A stretch of 64,000 nt of DNA from positions 20,150,001 to 20,214,000 of the forward strand of contig OX597814.1 in the NCBI GenBank assembly GCA_951406725.2, read 5' to 3'. The number at the start of each line of letters is the position of its first letter. Positions within the stretch are counted from its first letter, which is position 1. The notes under the pieces were generated by a model. The model searched no databases, had not been told where the DNA came from, and saw only the letters and a program-made list of their open reading frames with translations. The translations under genes and the position numbers were made by a program. This DNA comes from Octopus vulgaris (Eukaryota). Positions 15,801 to 28,855 of this stretch are shown here, one piece after another.

Positions 15801-17112
15801 ATGATGATGATGACCTGACTCTGTAACAGATCATATCAGTAATAAGTAATACAGTTCAACCTAGCTAATGGTAACATAATCTCTCCAAACATACATAAGA
15901 CTCACATATACATAAGACTCACATATTTATATTGGTTTAAAGTTTTGGCACAAGGCCAGTAGTTTTTGAGGAGGAGGAGCAAGTCAATTACACTGACCCC
16001 AAAAGGATGAAAGGCAAAGTTGACCATGGTGAAATTTGGGCTCAGAACAGAGAAACAGACAAAATGCTGCTAAGCATTTTGCCCAGCATGCCACTGATTC
16101 TGCTCAATCACTGCCTTCTCTCACAAATTTATATTAATACCTAGGTCAACTTTGCCTTTCATTTTTTTTGGATAAATTAAGTACCAGTTGTGTACTGGAG
16201 GTTGATCTAATTGACTGCTCCCCAACCACCAAAATTTCAGGCCTTGTGCCTACAGTAGAAAGAATTTATATCAATATATATATATTTGTATACATACACA
16301 CACTCTCTTATATGTATGTATATACACACACATATTATTATCATTGTTATCATTTTACATCAACTTCCCATGCTGCTATGGATTGGAAAGGTTGTCATGG
16401 TCTGAGTTAGTCCTAATTTGGAGTTACTTCCTCCTAGAATAGTTAAGGGCCGCATTTCATTGTGGAAGTAAAGGACATGGACTGTACTTTTGTTTTTTGT
16501 TGTTGTTTTTTTTTTCTTCTACCGAAACCCACTTTTTCGACTCCAGAGATTCTGAATCTGCAAAACAAATCAGCATATCAAAATTTTGAAAATGAACATT
16601 TAAGATAAATGTGAGGGTTAGAAAGTATGAGTGGCCAAGATAAGTGAGACATGGAGAGGGGCAACAGATGGAAGTTAACCAGGTATGTATCAGACAAGAT
16701 ACCCAAATGCACATACATACATACATATATATATACAATTGATGAAGGAAACAGAATAGATATAGCACTAGTCTTTATTCAGTACTACAATCATTTCAAC
16801 CCATCCTGCAACTTGCAGGATGGGTTGAAATGATCAACATACAGAATAAAAACTAGTGCTAAATCTATGTTCTATTTCCTTCATCAGTTATTATTATCTC
16901 AACTAACACTGTGGAATTCCAGCAGATATATACCCCCAACCATAGATGACACCAGGTAGCCCAAACTGTGAACATTCTTCACTCAACATACTAATTGACA
17001 CATACCCATTAGTCCCCAAAATTACATATATATATAAACATATATATATATATATATATATGTTTATATATATATAAATGGAGTTAAATGCAGGTGTTAT
17101 TCAAATTCTTTT

Positions 17113-17201
17113 ACTTCCAACACACGTTTCGAAGATATCCCTGATATTATTCGAAAGGAATAAAATGGTGTAAAACAATGTAATCTTCTCTTTAGGGAAG
17201 T
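17113..17201 (-). ncRNA. Hammerhead remnant (G5A core mutation, long loop II)
   Basis: The minus strand reads ACTTCC-CTAAAGA-GAAGAT..(46 nt)..ATCTTC-GAAA-CGTGT-GTT-GGAAGT, with 6-bp stems I and II. The element lies between (TA)n tracts. Confidence 0.6.
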
Positions 17202-17308
17202 GAAGAAATGAAACTCGTCAATAAGACATTTTAACAGAAAATGATGGATATGTATAGTGATTAGCTGAACGCTATTAATATTGTTAACAAGGGGAAAATA
17301 TACACATC

Positions 17309-17371
<63 letters not shown>

Positions 17372-18430
17372 TGTTATGGATTTTGGCTAGTGCAGTATTT
17401 CTTGACCCACTTTGGAATGATGGTGCCAGCACGTCTGGAAGAAAAGTGACAGTCCTTTGTTTACTGGGAGATTAATGGGACCTTTCTGGCCTTGTGCGGT
17501 CGATTAGAGGTCGTTCTAAACACCCCTTGAAGAGGAGGAAGGAAAGTGGTGAGAAAGATAGAGTAGGGAATCTAAGAGCAGATAGAGAGGGTATTGGCAG
17601 TAAGAGAGGATGAGGGGCAGAGAGAAGAAAAGTAGTGAGAGAGATAGAGTATAAGGCTAAGGGACAGATTGAGGCGATAGAGATAGGCAGTTAGGGACCA
17701 GAGCAGATAGAGAGAGAGGAAGTGAGGTCTTGGCAGTTGAGAGTCGGTCGTCAGAGAACACAGACGGATCTTGGAAGTCGGCAAGGAGTTGGAATTTTAG
17801 GAGCAAGTTGGGATGCGAGAGCTTGGCGGCACAGAAGGGAATATGTACAGAGGAATTAGCGGTACGGAGAGATGAGGTGCAATATGGGACACTGGCGATT
17901 CAATTGGGAATTAAGGTATTTGATTATGTATTGATACGTGTCACGATGTAAAGAAATGAACAGTGAAAGGAACAGTAAAGGACTTGTTGATGTGACGTTA
18001 TCTGTGATGTGTAGAAAAAGACTTTAAAAGAACTGTGTCTTTGGACGTGTACTCTTGAATTGTTGTTGTTATAATGCTTTGATCTGTTGCTGATATATAT
18101 GACTTGTTGTGTCGTTACCGGACTGTTATATTGAGTAGTCATGTGCATGTCCTCCTTTAAATGTTTGCCTTAAATGCTTTGATGTTGTAACCATTGATTG
18201 TCACATAAACTAGTTGTTGAATGTAAGCCAGTGTTGCCGTTTTGCCTTGCCTCTTTTGGTGCCTCTCTCGGGTTGTATCTCTGTGTCTCTGTTGCCTTGC
18301 TGCGGTTGTGTCTCTCTCTCTCTTCTCTCCGACGAGTTTCCGTAGCTTATTCGCTGCATCAAACGGGCCTGTGTGTGAGGATTTCCGTAACAGTTCGAAT
18401 CGCGGAGGTCCCACCCTGTGTGTCGTAACA
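17372..18430. mobile_element. Probable solo LTR
   Basis: TGTTATG...CGTAACA terminal inverted ends flanked by ATATAT on both sides. It is CpG-richer than its surroundings, has no coding capacity and is inserted in (TA)n. Confidence 0.55.
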
Positions 18431-18450
18431 ATATATTACCTTATATATAT

Positions 18451-20987
18451 GAAGACAGGGAAAGCCCCCAGCCCATCAGGAATTACTTCAGAGATGCCCA
18501 AAGTATCTGGCAGCGTCAGCTGAGTCAAACCCAATGACTGGTGTAGCAGCATAATAGTCAAGTGCTACAAAGGTAAAGGTGACGCTTTAGATACAAATAA
18601 TTACAGAGGTATCAAGTTGTTGGATCAGGTAATGAAGGTCATAGAGAGGGTCATAGCCCAACTAATTAGGGAGAGAGTCAGTTTAGATGAGATGCAGCTT
18701 GGATTCGTGCCAGGGAGAAGCACCACTGATGCTATAATTCTGGTAAGATAGCTGGTTGGCATTAGGAAGGGCATCCAACTGTAGAAACTCTGCCAGATCA
18801 GATTGGAGTCTGGTGCAGCCATCTGGTTTGCCAGACCTCAGTCAAATCGTCCAACCCATGCTAGCATGGAAAGCAGATGTTAAACGATGATGATGATTAT
18901 GATATATGTTAACATTAGATAGGTTGTATACATATATATATACACACATATCTCTATATATATAAACGGCAGTTTGTCTGTGTGTGTGTCTGTGTGTCTG
19001 TCAGGTTGTACCCTCACCCTGACCATGGCTTTCAACCGATTCTGATGAAACTTGACACACACATAGCCCAATGTCATAATTCAAAACTAACGCAGCGAAA
19101 ATTTTGAAAAGTTCCCCCAGTTCTGAAAAAAATCGATAAATTCGACATGGGGTCGAGAATCAGAAACACAAACCACAGACTGTCTAGGGGACGCAACTCG
19201 ACCTTTTTAACTCTAAAAATTTTTTTCCATTTTTTTCTATTTTTTGGCTATAACTCTCTAAAAATGCTTTATAGTTATTTCCCTTACAAACCTGAGCAAC
19301 GCCGGGCGATACTGCTAGTATATACATATATATATGTGTGTATATATATATACACATATATACATCTATGCTGATGACCTTGCTCTAATTGCTCAGTCAC
19401 TATCAGAACTAGAGGAGAAGTTTCAAGTGTGGAAATAAGGATTAGAATCGAAGGGCCTTAGAGTCAACCTAGCTAAAACCAAAGTCCTAATAAGTAGGAA
19501 GGCAGGCAAAACACAAATCCCTTCAGGTAGATGACCCTGCTCGATCTGTAGTAGAGGCGTAGGTAGAAACTCTATAAGATGTACCCAGTGTAAGCTATGG
19601 ACACATAAGAGGTGCAGTAATATCAAAGGAAGGCTAACTGGGAAGAGAGATTTTGTATTTGACAGATTATTGGGAGCAATAAACACTGAAAATGCGCAGA
19701 GAAGAACTTCTGTTACATTCCAGGGAGAAAAACTAGAAGTAGTTGATAGCTTCCGTTACCTAGGCGACCAAGTCAGTAGCGGGGTAGGGTGCACTGAAAG
19801 TGTAGCTGCAAGAATAAGTATAGCTTGGGCAAAGTTCAGAGAGCTCTTACCTCTGCAGGTGACAAAGGGCCTCTTGCTCAGAGTAAAAGGTAGACTGTAT
19901 GACACATGTGTACGAACAGCCATGCTACATGGCAGTGAAACATGGGCTGTGACTGCTGAGGACATGCGTAAGCTCGCAAGGAATGAAGCCAGTATGATCC
20001 ACTGGATGTGTAATGTCAGTGTGCATACTCAACAGAGTGTAAGTACCTTGAGAGAAAAGTTGGATCTAAGAAGCATCAGATGCGGTGTGCAAGAGAGACG
20101 ACTGTGCTGGTATGGCCATGTGACGAGAAAGGATGAGGATAGCTGTGTGAAAAAGTGCCACACCCTAGAGGTTGAGGGAACCTGTGGAAGAGGTAGACCC
20201 AGGAGGACCTGGGATGAAGTGGTGAAGCATGACCTTCGAACTTTAGGTCTCACCAAGGAAATGACCAGTGACCGAGACTTTTGGAAATATGCCGTGCTTG
20301 AGAAGACCCAGCAAGCCAAATGGGACCATAACCTCGTGGCCTATGCCAGGGGCGTAACCAGCCCACTTATGTGTACCTTTTCCTTCTTTGGACACTAAAC
20401 TCAGCTTGTGAAGACCTGTTAAGGCAAGTGAAATTAAAATCAAATTCAATGACTGGCATCCTGTGCTAGCGGAGTGCAAAGAATACCATACAAGTGTGAT
20501 TGTTGACAGAGTGGCTAACCAGCTTCTGTGCCAGTGGCACATAAAAGGCACCATTCAAGTGTGATCATTACCAGCATCGCCTTACTGGCACTCGAGCCCC
20601 GTGCTAGTAGGGTGCTATGAGCTCCATCCGAGCTTGATCGTTGCCAGAGTGGCTAACTGGCTTCTGTGCCGGTGGCAAGTAAAAGGCACCATTCGAGTAT
20701 GATTGTCACCAGCATCGCCTTACTGGCACCTGTGCCAGTGACATGTGTAAAAAGATTCGAGTGAGGTCGTTGCCAGTACCGCCTGACTGGTCCCCGTGCT
20801 GGTGGCACATAGAAGCACCCACTACACTCTCGGAATAGTTGGCATTAGGAAGGGCATCCAGCTGTAGAAACTCTGCCAGATCAAGATTGGAGCCTGGTGC
20901 AGCCATCTGGTTCACCAGCCCTCAGTCAAGTCATCCAACCCATGCTAGCATGGAAAGCGGATGTTAAACGATGATGATGATGATGAT
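18451..20987 (+). mobile_element. RTE-clade LINE, 5'-truncated and interrupted
   Basis: RT motifs KTGKAPSPSGI..NYRGIKLL..QLGFVPGRSTTDAI (18451-18750), LYADDLALI (~19365) and ORF 19670-20398 (FRYLG..HGSETW..RRLCWYGHV..RGRPRRTW). It has a tandem-repeat 3' UTR and a (GAT)n tail, and is interrupted by an RTE 3' end (18751-18897) and a Helitron. Confidence 0.92.
18951..19318 (+). mobile_element. Non-autonomous Helitron-like element (third subtype)
   Basis: Same ~70-bp 3' end as the other four copies, with a different 5' and internal sequence. Confidence 0.75.
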
Positions 20988-21590
20988 ACATATATATACA
21001 CATATATATGTGTATATATATATACACATATATACAGATATATGTGTATATATATATATATATACATATACATACACATATATACACATACATATATATA
21101 CACATACATATACATACATATATATACACATACATATATATACACATGAGCATGGCTGTGTGGTTAGGGAGCTTGCTTCCTAGCTACATGGTTTCGGGTT
21201 CAGTCCCACTGCGTGGCACTTTGGGTGGGTGTCTTCCACTATAGCCCCGAGCCGACCGGAGCTTTGTGATTGAATTCGGTAGGTGGAAGTTACTGCCGTG
21301 TGTGTATGTGTGCGTATAGCTGCTCAGTGCCTCTCCGAAAGAGAGAGAGGGAATATATATACACATATATATATATACATACACATATATATATATATAC
21401 ATACACATATATATACATATACACACACACACATATATATATATACATATACATACATACACATACATATATACATATATGTACATACACATACATATAT
21501 ATAAAGAATAAAAAGTTTTGAATGGTACAACAAAGCACTATAATAAAAACAATGGGCTATATATGTTGTAATTTAGTTATCCATAGTCTG

Positions 21591-21624
21591 ATATGATATT
21601 TCGGAATATTCCTTCTTCAGATAT
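21591..21624 (-). ncRNA. Ultra-minimal type-I hammerhead ribozyme
   Basis: The minus strand reads ATAT-CTGAAGA-AGGAATATTCC-GAAA-T-ATC-ATAT. The core is intact, stem II is GGAA/TTCC, stem III is loopless (dimer type) and the triplet is AUC. Confidence 0.65.
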
Positions 21625-22074
21625 TCTTAGATGAAGTCACTGCTGTAATCAGTTTTCTAACATCTGTTCTGTGTTATATATATCCATACAATTTATATAT
21701 CATCATCATCATTTAATGTCCATCGTCCATGCTGGGATGCACAGGATGGTTTGACCACAACAGGTATCTTGAAGAGCTGCACCTGGCTCCAGTCTGATTT
21801 GACGCGGTTTTTATGACTGGATGCCCTTGCTAATGCCAGTCACATACAGTGTGCTGGGTGCTTTTACATGGCACCACAAGAGCACTTTTATGTGGCATTG
21901 GCGCGAGTACTTTTTCTGTGACACAGGACTCTTGCAGATCAATCCTCTTCACCAAAGGGAGTGGCCTTAACGCTTCTGCTGTGGAGTACATGTCTTTTTG
22001 AATGCAGCAGGGCACCAGGTATCTCAGTCCTTTGTCATCTTGTCTGAAAGGTTCAGTGGCCTGAGGTTGTCCTT

Positions 22075-22805
22075 ATCATCATCATTATCATCGTTTAACG
22101 TCCGTTCTCCATGCTAGCATGGGTTGGACGGTTCGACCGGAGATCTGGGAAGCCAGAAGGCTGCACCAGGCTCCGGTCTTATCTGGCAAAGTTTCTACAG
22201 CTGGATGCCCTTCCTAACGCCAACCACTCCGTGAGCGTAGTGGGTGCTTTTTATGTGCCACCTGCACTGGTGCCAAGTGAGGCTGGCATCGGCCACGGAC
22301 GGATTGGTGCATTTTATGGAAGCCAGTCAAGGCGGCACTGGCTTCGGCTACGATTCGGATGGTGCTTTTTACGTGCCACCGACACGGAAGCCAGTCAAGG
22401 CGGCACTGGCATCGGCCACAATTCGGATGGTGCATTTTATGGAAGCCAGTCGAGGCGGCACTGGCTTCGGCTACGATTCGGATGGTGCTTTTCACATGCC
22501 ACCGACACGGAAGCCAGTCGAGGCGGCGCTGGCATCGGCCACAATTCGGATAGTGCTTTTTACGTACCTCCAGTCCCAGGACCCTGGCATCTGCCAGGTG
22601 CTAGTCATAGGATTGGTTCAATTTCGATTTTGATTTCACTTGCCCCAACAGGTCTTCGCAAGCAAGGGGGGTTGCCATAGGTGCCTGTCGTCGGATGAGG
22701 TTCGATATCGACTTCGCTTGCCTCAACAGGTCTTTGTGTGTCTAAGGGGGAAAGGCATGCATAAGTGGGCTGGACTCACTTGTCCTGCCTGGTCTTCTCA
22801 CACAC
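22075..22805 (-). mobile_element. Young RTE 3' end (3' UTR with internal tandem units and (GAT)n tail)
   Basis: Near-identical to 26692-27237 and CpG intact. Confidence 0.88.
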
Positions 22806-23692
22806 AGCAATATATATATATATAAGACATACATATATAATATAAAGAATAACAGGTATCCACTGATGTAAATAGCAATCTATAGAAAATGTCAATGTGG
22901 CATAATTCATATCTCAAGTGTTCCTTCCAAATAAAACATCCCCATAGAAGGCAGCAGACAAAATAGTTGAAACAGGAGGAGTTGAATCATCATTTTTAAT
23001 AAATTGTGGGTGTAGAGAAGTAGTAGACAGTGCAAGAAGAAACGAGGGAAAGTAATCAACACACACACACACATATATATACACACACACACACATATAA
23101 ATTTGACATGGGCGATTCTTTCTTGTCTTGGGAGTCATGGTCAAATGACTGGGTGGAATTGCACGAAAAATTACACAGATGTGTAATGTATAGAATGATC
23201 CAGTGGTGATGCTGAGCTTTGAATTTTTTTCATAGTTCCCAGGGTTACTGAGATAATCTACTATAATAATACTCTTGTGTTCATGAATGAGAAAGGAAGG
23301 GGTGATAGATGAATAAGGAAGGAAGGGGTGATGAAAATTGTACGCTGAAAAAATAAATCAAACAGTGTTTCAACTCTGAGTGAATATGTGTGTGTATATG
23401 TAATGGGGGGGGGGTATGTGAATGTGTGTGCATGTGCACACGCAATGGAAGTGGGATGGTTCATCTTTGTTTGCATAGTATTTGGGTTTATTTTTTGATT
23501 TGGTTGAATCTTGGTTGTTTTTTTTTTTGTTGGTTAGTTATTTTTAGCGTTTTCACAGAAAAGAATCATTCTAAAATTGTTTTTTAATGTAAGCGTGCCC
23601 AAACAAGTTGAATGCTTACAGAGAGCAGGTTTTACAGTCACATCATCCAAACCAACTGGGGAAACCGGGCTTAGCTGCTAATATAAATATAC

Positions 23693-23729
<37 letters not shown>

Positions 23730-23788
23730 ATGAATATTTGCATACTTATTATTAAATAATGATTTTTTTTTACATATATATCTATATA

Positions 23789-23950
23789 GGCGCAGGAGTG
23801 GCTGTGTGGTAAGTAGCTTGTTTACCGACCACATGGTTCCGGGTTCAGTCCCACTGCGTCGCACCTTGGGCAAGTGTCTTCTACTATAGCTTCGGGCCGA
23901 CCAAAGCCTTGTGAGTGGATTTGGTAGACGGAAACTGAAAGAAGCCTGTC

Positions 23951-24000
<50 letters not shown>

Positions 24001-24219
24001 GTATGTGTTTGTGTGTCTGTGTTTGTCCCCCTAGCATTGCTTGACAACTGATGCTGGTGTGTTTATGTCCCCGTTACTTAGCGGTTCGGCAAAAGAGACC
24101 AATAGAATAAGTACTGGGCTTACAAAAGAACAAGTCCCGGGGTCGAGTTGCTCGATTAAAGGCGGTGCTCCAGCATGGCCGCAGTCAAATGACTGAAACA
24201 AGTAAAAGAGTAAAGAGTA
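23789..24219 (+). mobile_element. tRNA/CORE-like SINE with internal (TA)n (family 2); copies at 21147-21330(+), 31931-32829(-), 56228-56400(+), 63313-63726(-)
   Basis: GGAGTGGCTGTGTGGTAAG..GGTTCAGTCCC head, CORE-like ACCTTGGGCAAGTG and 3' (GTAAAAGA)-type tail. Confidence 0.85.
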
Positions 24220-24381
24220 ATATATATATATATACACATATTGTGTGAACTGGTTGTATGTCCACCTTATATTCAGAAACTACCAAACAAATGAACACCC
24301 ACAAAACCATATATATTATTATCCATTATTTCATAGGATAGATTTGTATAATATTTATTTTGAGAAATAAGACCCAAATTT

Positions 24382-24505
24382 TCCTTGAACCACACTCTGT
24401 TAAGAAAAGAGATAGAGAAAGATGAAGTTGAATAGCAAAAATCTCCCTTGAACCACACTCTGTTAAGAAAAGAGATAGAGAAAGATGAAGTTGTAATAGC
24501 AAAAA
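24382..24505. repeat. Tandem duplication of ~64 bp
   Basis: CCTTGAACCACACTCTGTTAAGAAAAGAGATAGAGAAAGATGAAGTTG(T)AATAGCAAAAA occurs twice. Confidence 0.9.
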
Positions 24506-26009
24506 GTAATATGCATGCATAAAGTTGAAAACAAGATGTACTGTGAACTAATGGAAAATCCTTCCATAAGTATGTTTTACTTTCTCTTTCAGTCTTTTTA
24601 ATAATTTCCTCTCTCTAGCTAGCATATTGGATTAGAGGAAATGACAATCACACATGTAGAGAAATATAACTGAAGAAAGCAATGACAGTGGTTTGTTTAC
24701 ACATCATTATTTTTTATGGGAGATTTTTTTAAAAACAGTTATTAAACTTCCATCTTTGGAACTTCATTGTATATACATATGCAAAAAGAAAAACACTTTC
24801 CTTAGCAATATATACAATGCCACAATGCCTTATATACTGGTGAAGCATTACATATATATTGATAGTAAAAGGGAGTGGGGTACAAAAATGAAAATTCCTC
24901 AACATGGCATTCTGAAACATTAGCCAAAATCTGTCTCAAAGCACAAATATTCTCTTACACATGGTTATACATATTATTCTACATAGGAGACCTCTACATA
25001 TGTAACTACACTTAATAGGAACAGAAGTCACATCTTCCCACTAATTCACACCCCACATCTTCCCACTAATTCACACCCAGCTGTTTTATATGTATCCAAG
25101 CCAATAAAGTAGCTGCGACATAGCATCTAGACCTAAGAGATATAACAGCCAAATCTCCTTGAAATCATACCCTACAGTGTGGTGTATATAGAGGAATGAG
25201 ATCTGATAGAAATAGCAAGCAAATTTCCCTGCAATAATACAATAGTATTTCAGGCATATATAAATATATGTATGAACTTAGCAAAGAAGAAATTCAATAT
25301 AGTAACTTGACCTGCAAAGAAACATTATTTAAATCATCACTTTATTACATCCTACAATCTTATATATGAGCCGAGAGAACTTTTATAAGATTGGTAGATA
25401 AGAGAGACATAACAGCCAAATCCCTTAAACCGCATCCCACTATCTTATGTGCACATGAATGAGCAAACTAAACCTAACAACAACCAAATCTCCCTCAGGT
25501 CATCCTACTGCCTTATGTACATATACCAATGGGGAATATTTCTATTTGGTAGGTAGACTTTCCAGAAATAGCAGCTACATCTCCCTAAATGTACACCCTG
25601 CTGTTTCATGTATTCATGTATGTATATGCTAATAACACTTAATTTAGTAATTAAGGTATTTGGCTCACTATCATAAGATCATGAATTTCATTCCTATCAG
25701 TGCATTGTATCCCTTGAACAAGACTTTATTGCATGTTACTCCAGCCCAATGAGCAGGCAAAAATTAGTGTAGTGCCTGTTTTTCAAAGGGTCAGCCTTGT
25801 CACATTCTGTTTCACACTGAATCTCTCAGAGAACTATGTTAGGGTACATGTGTCTATGGGGCACTCAGCCACTTGCACATTAATTTCATCTCTTAAAAAA
25901 TAAATATTGATCAGATTAACTTGAGCACTCATCATCAAAACTGATGGCATGCCAATTATATATATACACACACACACCATACATATATACATACACACAC
26001 CTGTGTATG

Positions 26010-26108
<99 letters not shown>

Positions 26109-26691
26109 ATATATATATATATGTGTGTGTATATATATATATATAGGACATATGATATAAGAACACACAAATGTATACATATGTATCTATACAGAGCCTC
26201 TTAACAGCATTAGAAGCTCTGGGTAAATCACTGCTCTGGGCCCTATAAGATACATCTATTGACAGCAAACTACAGCATTCATAGATAAAAATTGGGCTCC
26301 AAGACCTATGAGGCCCCTGTGCAACATCCCAGTGTGTCCATGCCTTAAGACAGCATTGTGTGTATATGTATGTATGAATGAATAAGGGAGCTGATTACAT
26401 GGTAGCTGATAGGAAAAGCAACCAAATCTGTAGTAAACCACAACTTAGATTTTCTAAAACTTTAGTAAGGGATACAATACAATGCCCCGTGTCTTGGATG
26501 TGATAGTCATATCAGGAAAACTTGCTGGATAAAAATTGTTTAATTTCCAGATTAAAACTGCTTATTTCCAAAATACCTCTGAAGTCAACTGATTTGCCTT
26601 TCGAATTTAAAAGCCTCAATTTCCTGCCAGACTCAGCTTCACCATGACTGTCAGTACATCTCAAGGGAAAATATTAAAAGCCATTGGGCTG

Positions 26692-27237
26692 TTGAGGCAA
26701 GCGAAGTCGATATCGAACCTCATCCGACGACAGGCACCTATGCCTACCCCCCTTTGCTTGCGAAGACCTGTTGAGGCAAGTGAAATCGAAATCGAAATTG
26801 AACCAATCCTATGACTGGCACCTGGCAGATGCCAGGACCCCTGGACTGGAGATACGTAAAAAGCACTATCTGAATCGTGGCCGATGCCAGCGCCGCCTCG
26901 ACTGGCTTCTGTGTCGGTGGCACGTAAAAAGCACCATCCAAATCATGGCCGAAGCCAGTGCCGCCTCGACTGGCTTCCGTGCAGGTGGCACGTAAAATGC
27001 ACCAATCCAATCGTAGCCGATGACAGCCTCGCCTGGCACCTGTGCAGGTGGCACGTAAAAAGCACCCACTACACTCACGGAATGGTTGGCGTTAGGAAGG
27101 GCATCCAGCTGTAGAAACATTGCCAGATAAGACCGGAGCCTGGGGCAGCCTTCTGGCTTCCCAGATCCCCGGTCGAACCGTCCGACCCATGCTAGCATGG
27201 AGAACGGACGTTAAACGATGATGATGATGATGATGAT
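26692..27237 (+). mobile_element. Young RTE 3' end with target-site duplication
   Basis: Ends in CCCATGCTAGCATGGAGAACGGACGTTAAAC(GAT)n. TSD ATTGGGCTG at 26683-26691 and 27236-27244. Confidence 0.9.
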
Positions 27238-27934
27238 TGGGCTGAACCTAGTGGATAAACTGCCTTATCTTTTCACATGATCATCTTCATTTACATACTT
27301 CTAAAGTTGGAAATTGATGGTCTTTTCATCATAGTATCACAAGGAAATACTCCAAAATATTATTTACCATGAGGCTTTAGACTGAATAAGTGACAAAGAA
27401 TGATTTACCTATTACAATTCTGATGTTCTAGTCTTCATTTTATGTAACTACATCATGGAAGGATTATTTTAACAACCTAAGAACACAAGAGTTGCTATTG
27501 TCCCTTTTCACCCATTCTTAAGGTATCAAAATTTGTCACTTATGCAGCCTGGTTAGTAACACAAGTTGATTATATCTCTTAAAAAAATAAATATTTGTAA
27601 GTTTATAAAGGCCTTGGGATGAATTTTGTACCTTTTATTTTTTTTATTGTTGATGTTTTAGAGCTATAAGGTCTACTGCATAGTTGCTAACTGAACTTTT
27701 AACACAGAGTGGAAAACATGTTTATGATATAACTTTACAGCTTTCTAATTTGCATTCTTTAAAAACCTTAATTTCTATGCTTATGTAACAACAATTATTT
27801 GTCTTGTAATGATAATGATAATGGAGTAATCAGTAGGGAGTCAAGTGCTGCATTGATACATACATACATACATACATACATACATACACATACATACATT
27901 CATTACTCCTATTTTTTTCTTCCTTTCACCTATC

Positions 27935-27970
27935 TTACTGAAGAAGAGCTTAAGCACAAAACATCAATAA
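27935..27970 (+). ncRNA. Decayed hammerhead of the 38050/39813/46870 family
   Basis: CTGAAGA-AGAGCTTAAGCAC-AAAA-CATC follows a pyrimidine tract and precedes TTTCATTGAGCG (family motif TTTCCTGAGCG). The changes are consistent with CpG decay. Confidence 0.45.
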
Positions 27971-28673
27971 TACACTTTCAATTTCATTGAGCGTTTAACT
28001 TTACATTGTAAATGTTTCAACTCCCTTCACTCACACACACCTTTACATCAGCAGTTCTTAAACAGACACATGCAAAACAATTGTCTCGCTGGGGAAGTAG
28101 TAATGGAGAAATCGGCAGAGAATTAAGCGCTATTTTATTCTGATGGGTCGATAAAAACAAAGCATCAGCCAAACCCTGGAATTTAATCAATTAACCGCAT
28201 CCTATCCTAACTAAATTATTACTTATGAATTAAGTTTTTGTTTATCTCTTGACTTACTCCTCCGCTTCTAGACTGTAAAGGTGGGGGCCGGTGTGTAGAC
28301 TACAGATTAATCAGGTTTAACGCTTCGTTTAAAGCGCTAATTGCTACTGGCGAGGGAAAATGTTTAGAGTAATACAATAGGAAGAGAGAAGGATAATCAT
28401 ATATGCTGATTTGTTGACATTTGACGTGAAAGAGATGACATGGTTGATAGAAAACAAAAAGCGCAAATGGGACTTAGTAGTTAGTTTTCATTGGACTGCG
28501 GCTGGCGCAAACACATGTGTAAGCGCGTACCAATCCAAACGAGTTCAACTGCTAGAAATAGCAGCTAAATCAGACCGAAAACACACACCACTATCTAAAA
28601 AAAAAAACGAAGAGGACGAGGTAATGTAGTCCTGGATGTTTCCGGCGATCTTTCGTTTGTAGTAGCACGTTTC

Positions 28674-28813
28674 CGTCGATGATTTCCGTAAAAAACTTTT
28701 ATTTTTTTACATATGGGTTTGCGGGAACATTTGAAGTAATGAGAGCGAAAGAGACTAAGAGGAAGCGATTTTATGACGAGGGAATTTGTTTTGAAGTCCC
28801 CGAAGCATTGATG

Positions 28814-28855
<42 letters not shown>

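Noticed and set aside
22111-22680. Recurrent 'MLAWVG..FLQLDALPNANH' ORFs (also 12899, 26866, 44697)
   Set aside because: They are antisense readings of the RTE 3' UTR repeat, not a host gene family.
23612-23675. Possible hammerhead GCTTA-CAGAGA-GCAGG..GAAA-CCGGGC-TTAGC before (TA)n
   Set aside because: The core and cleavage triplet are both broken. Suggestive only, so it was not counted.
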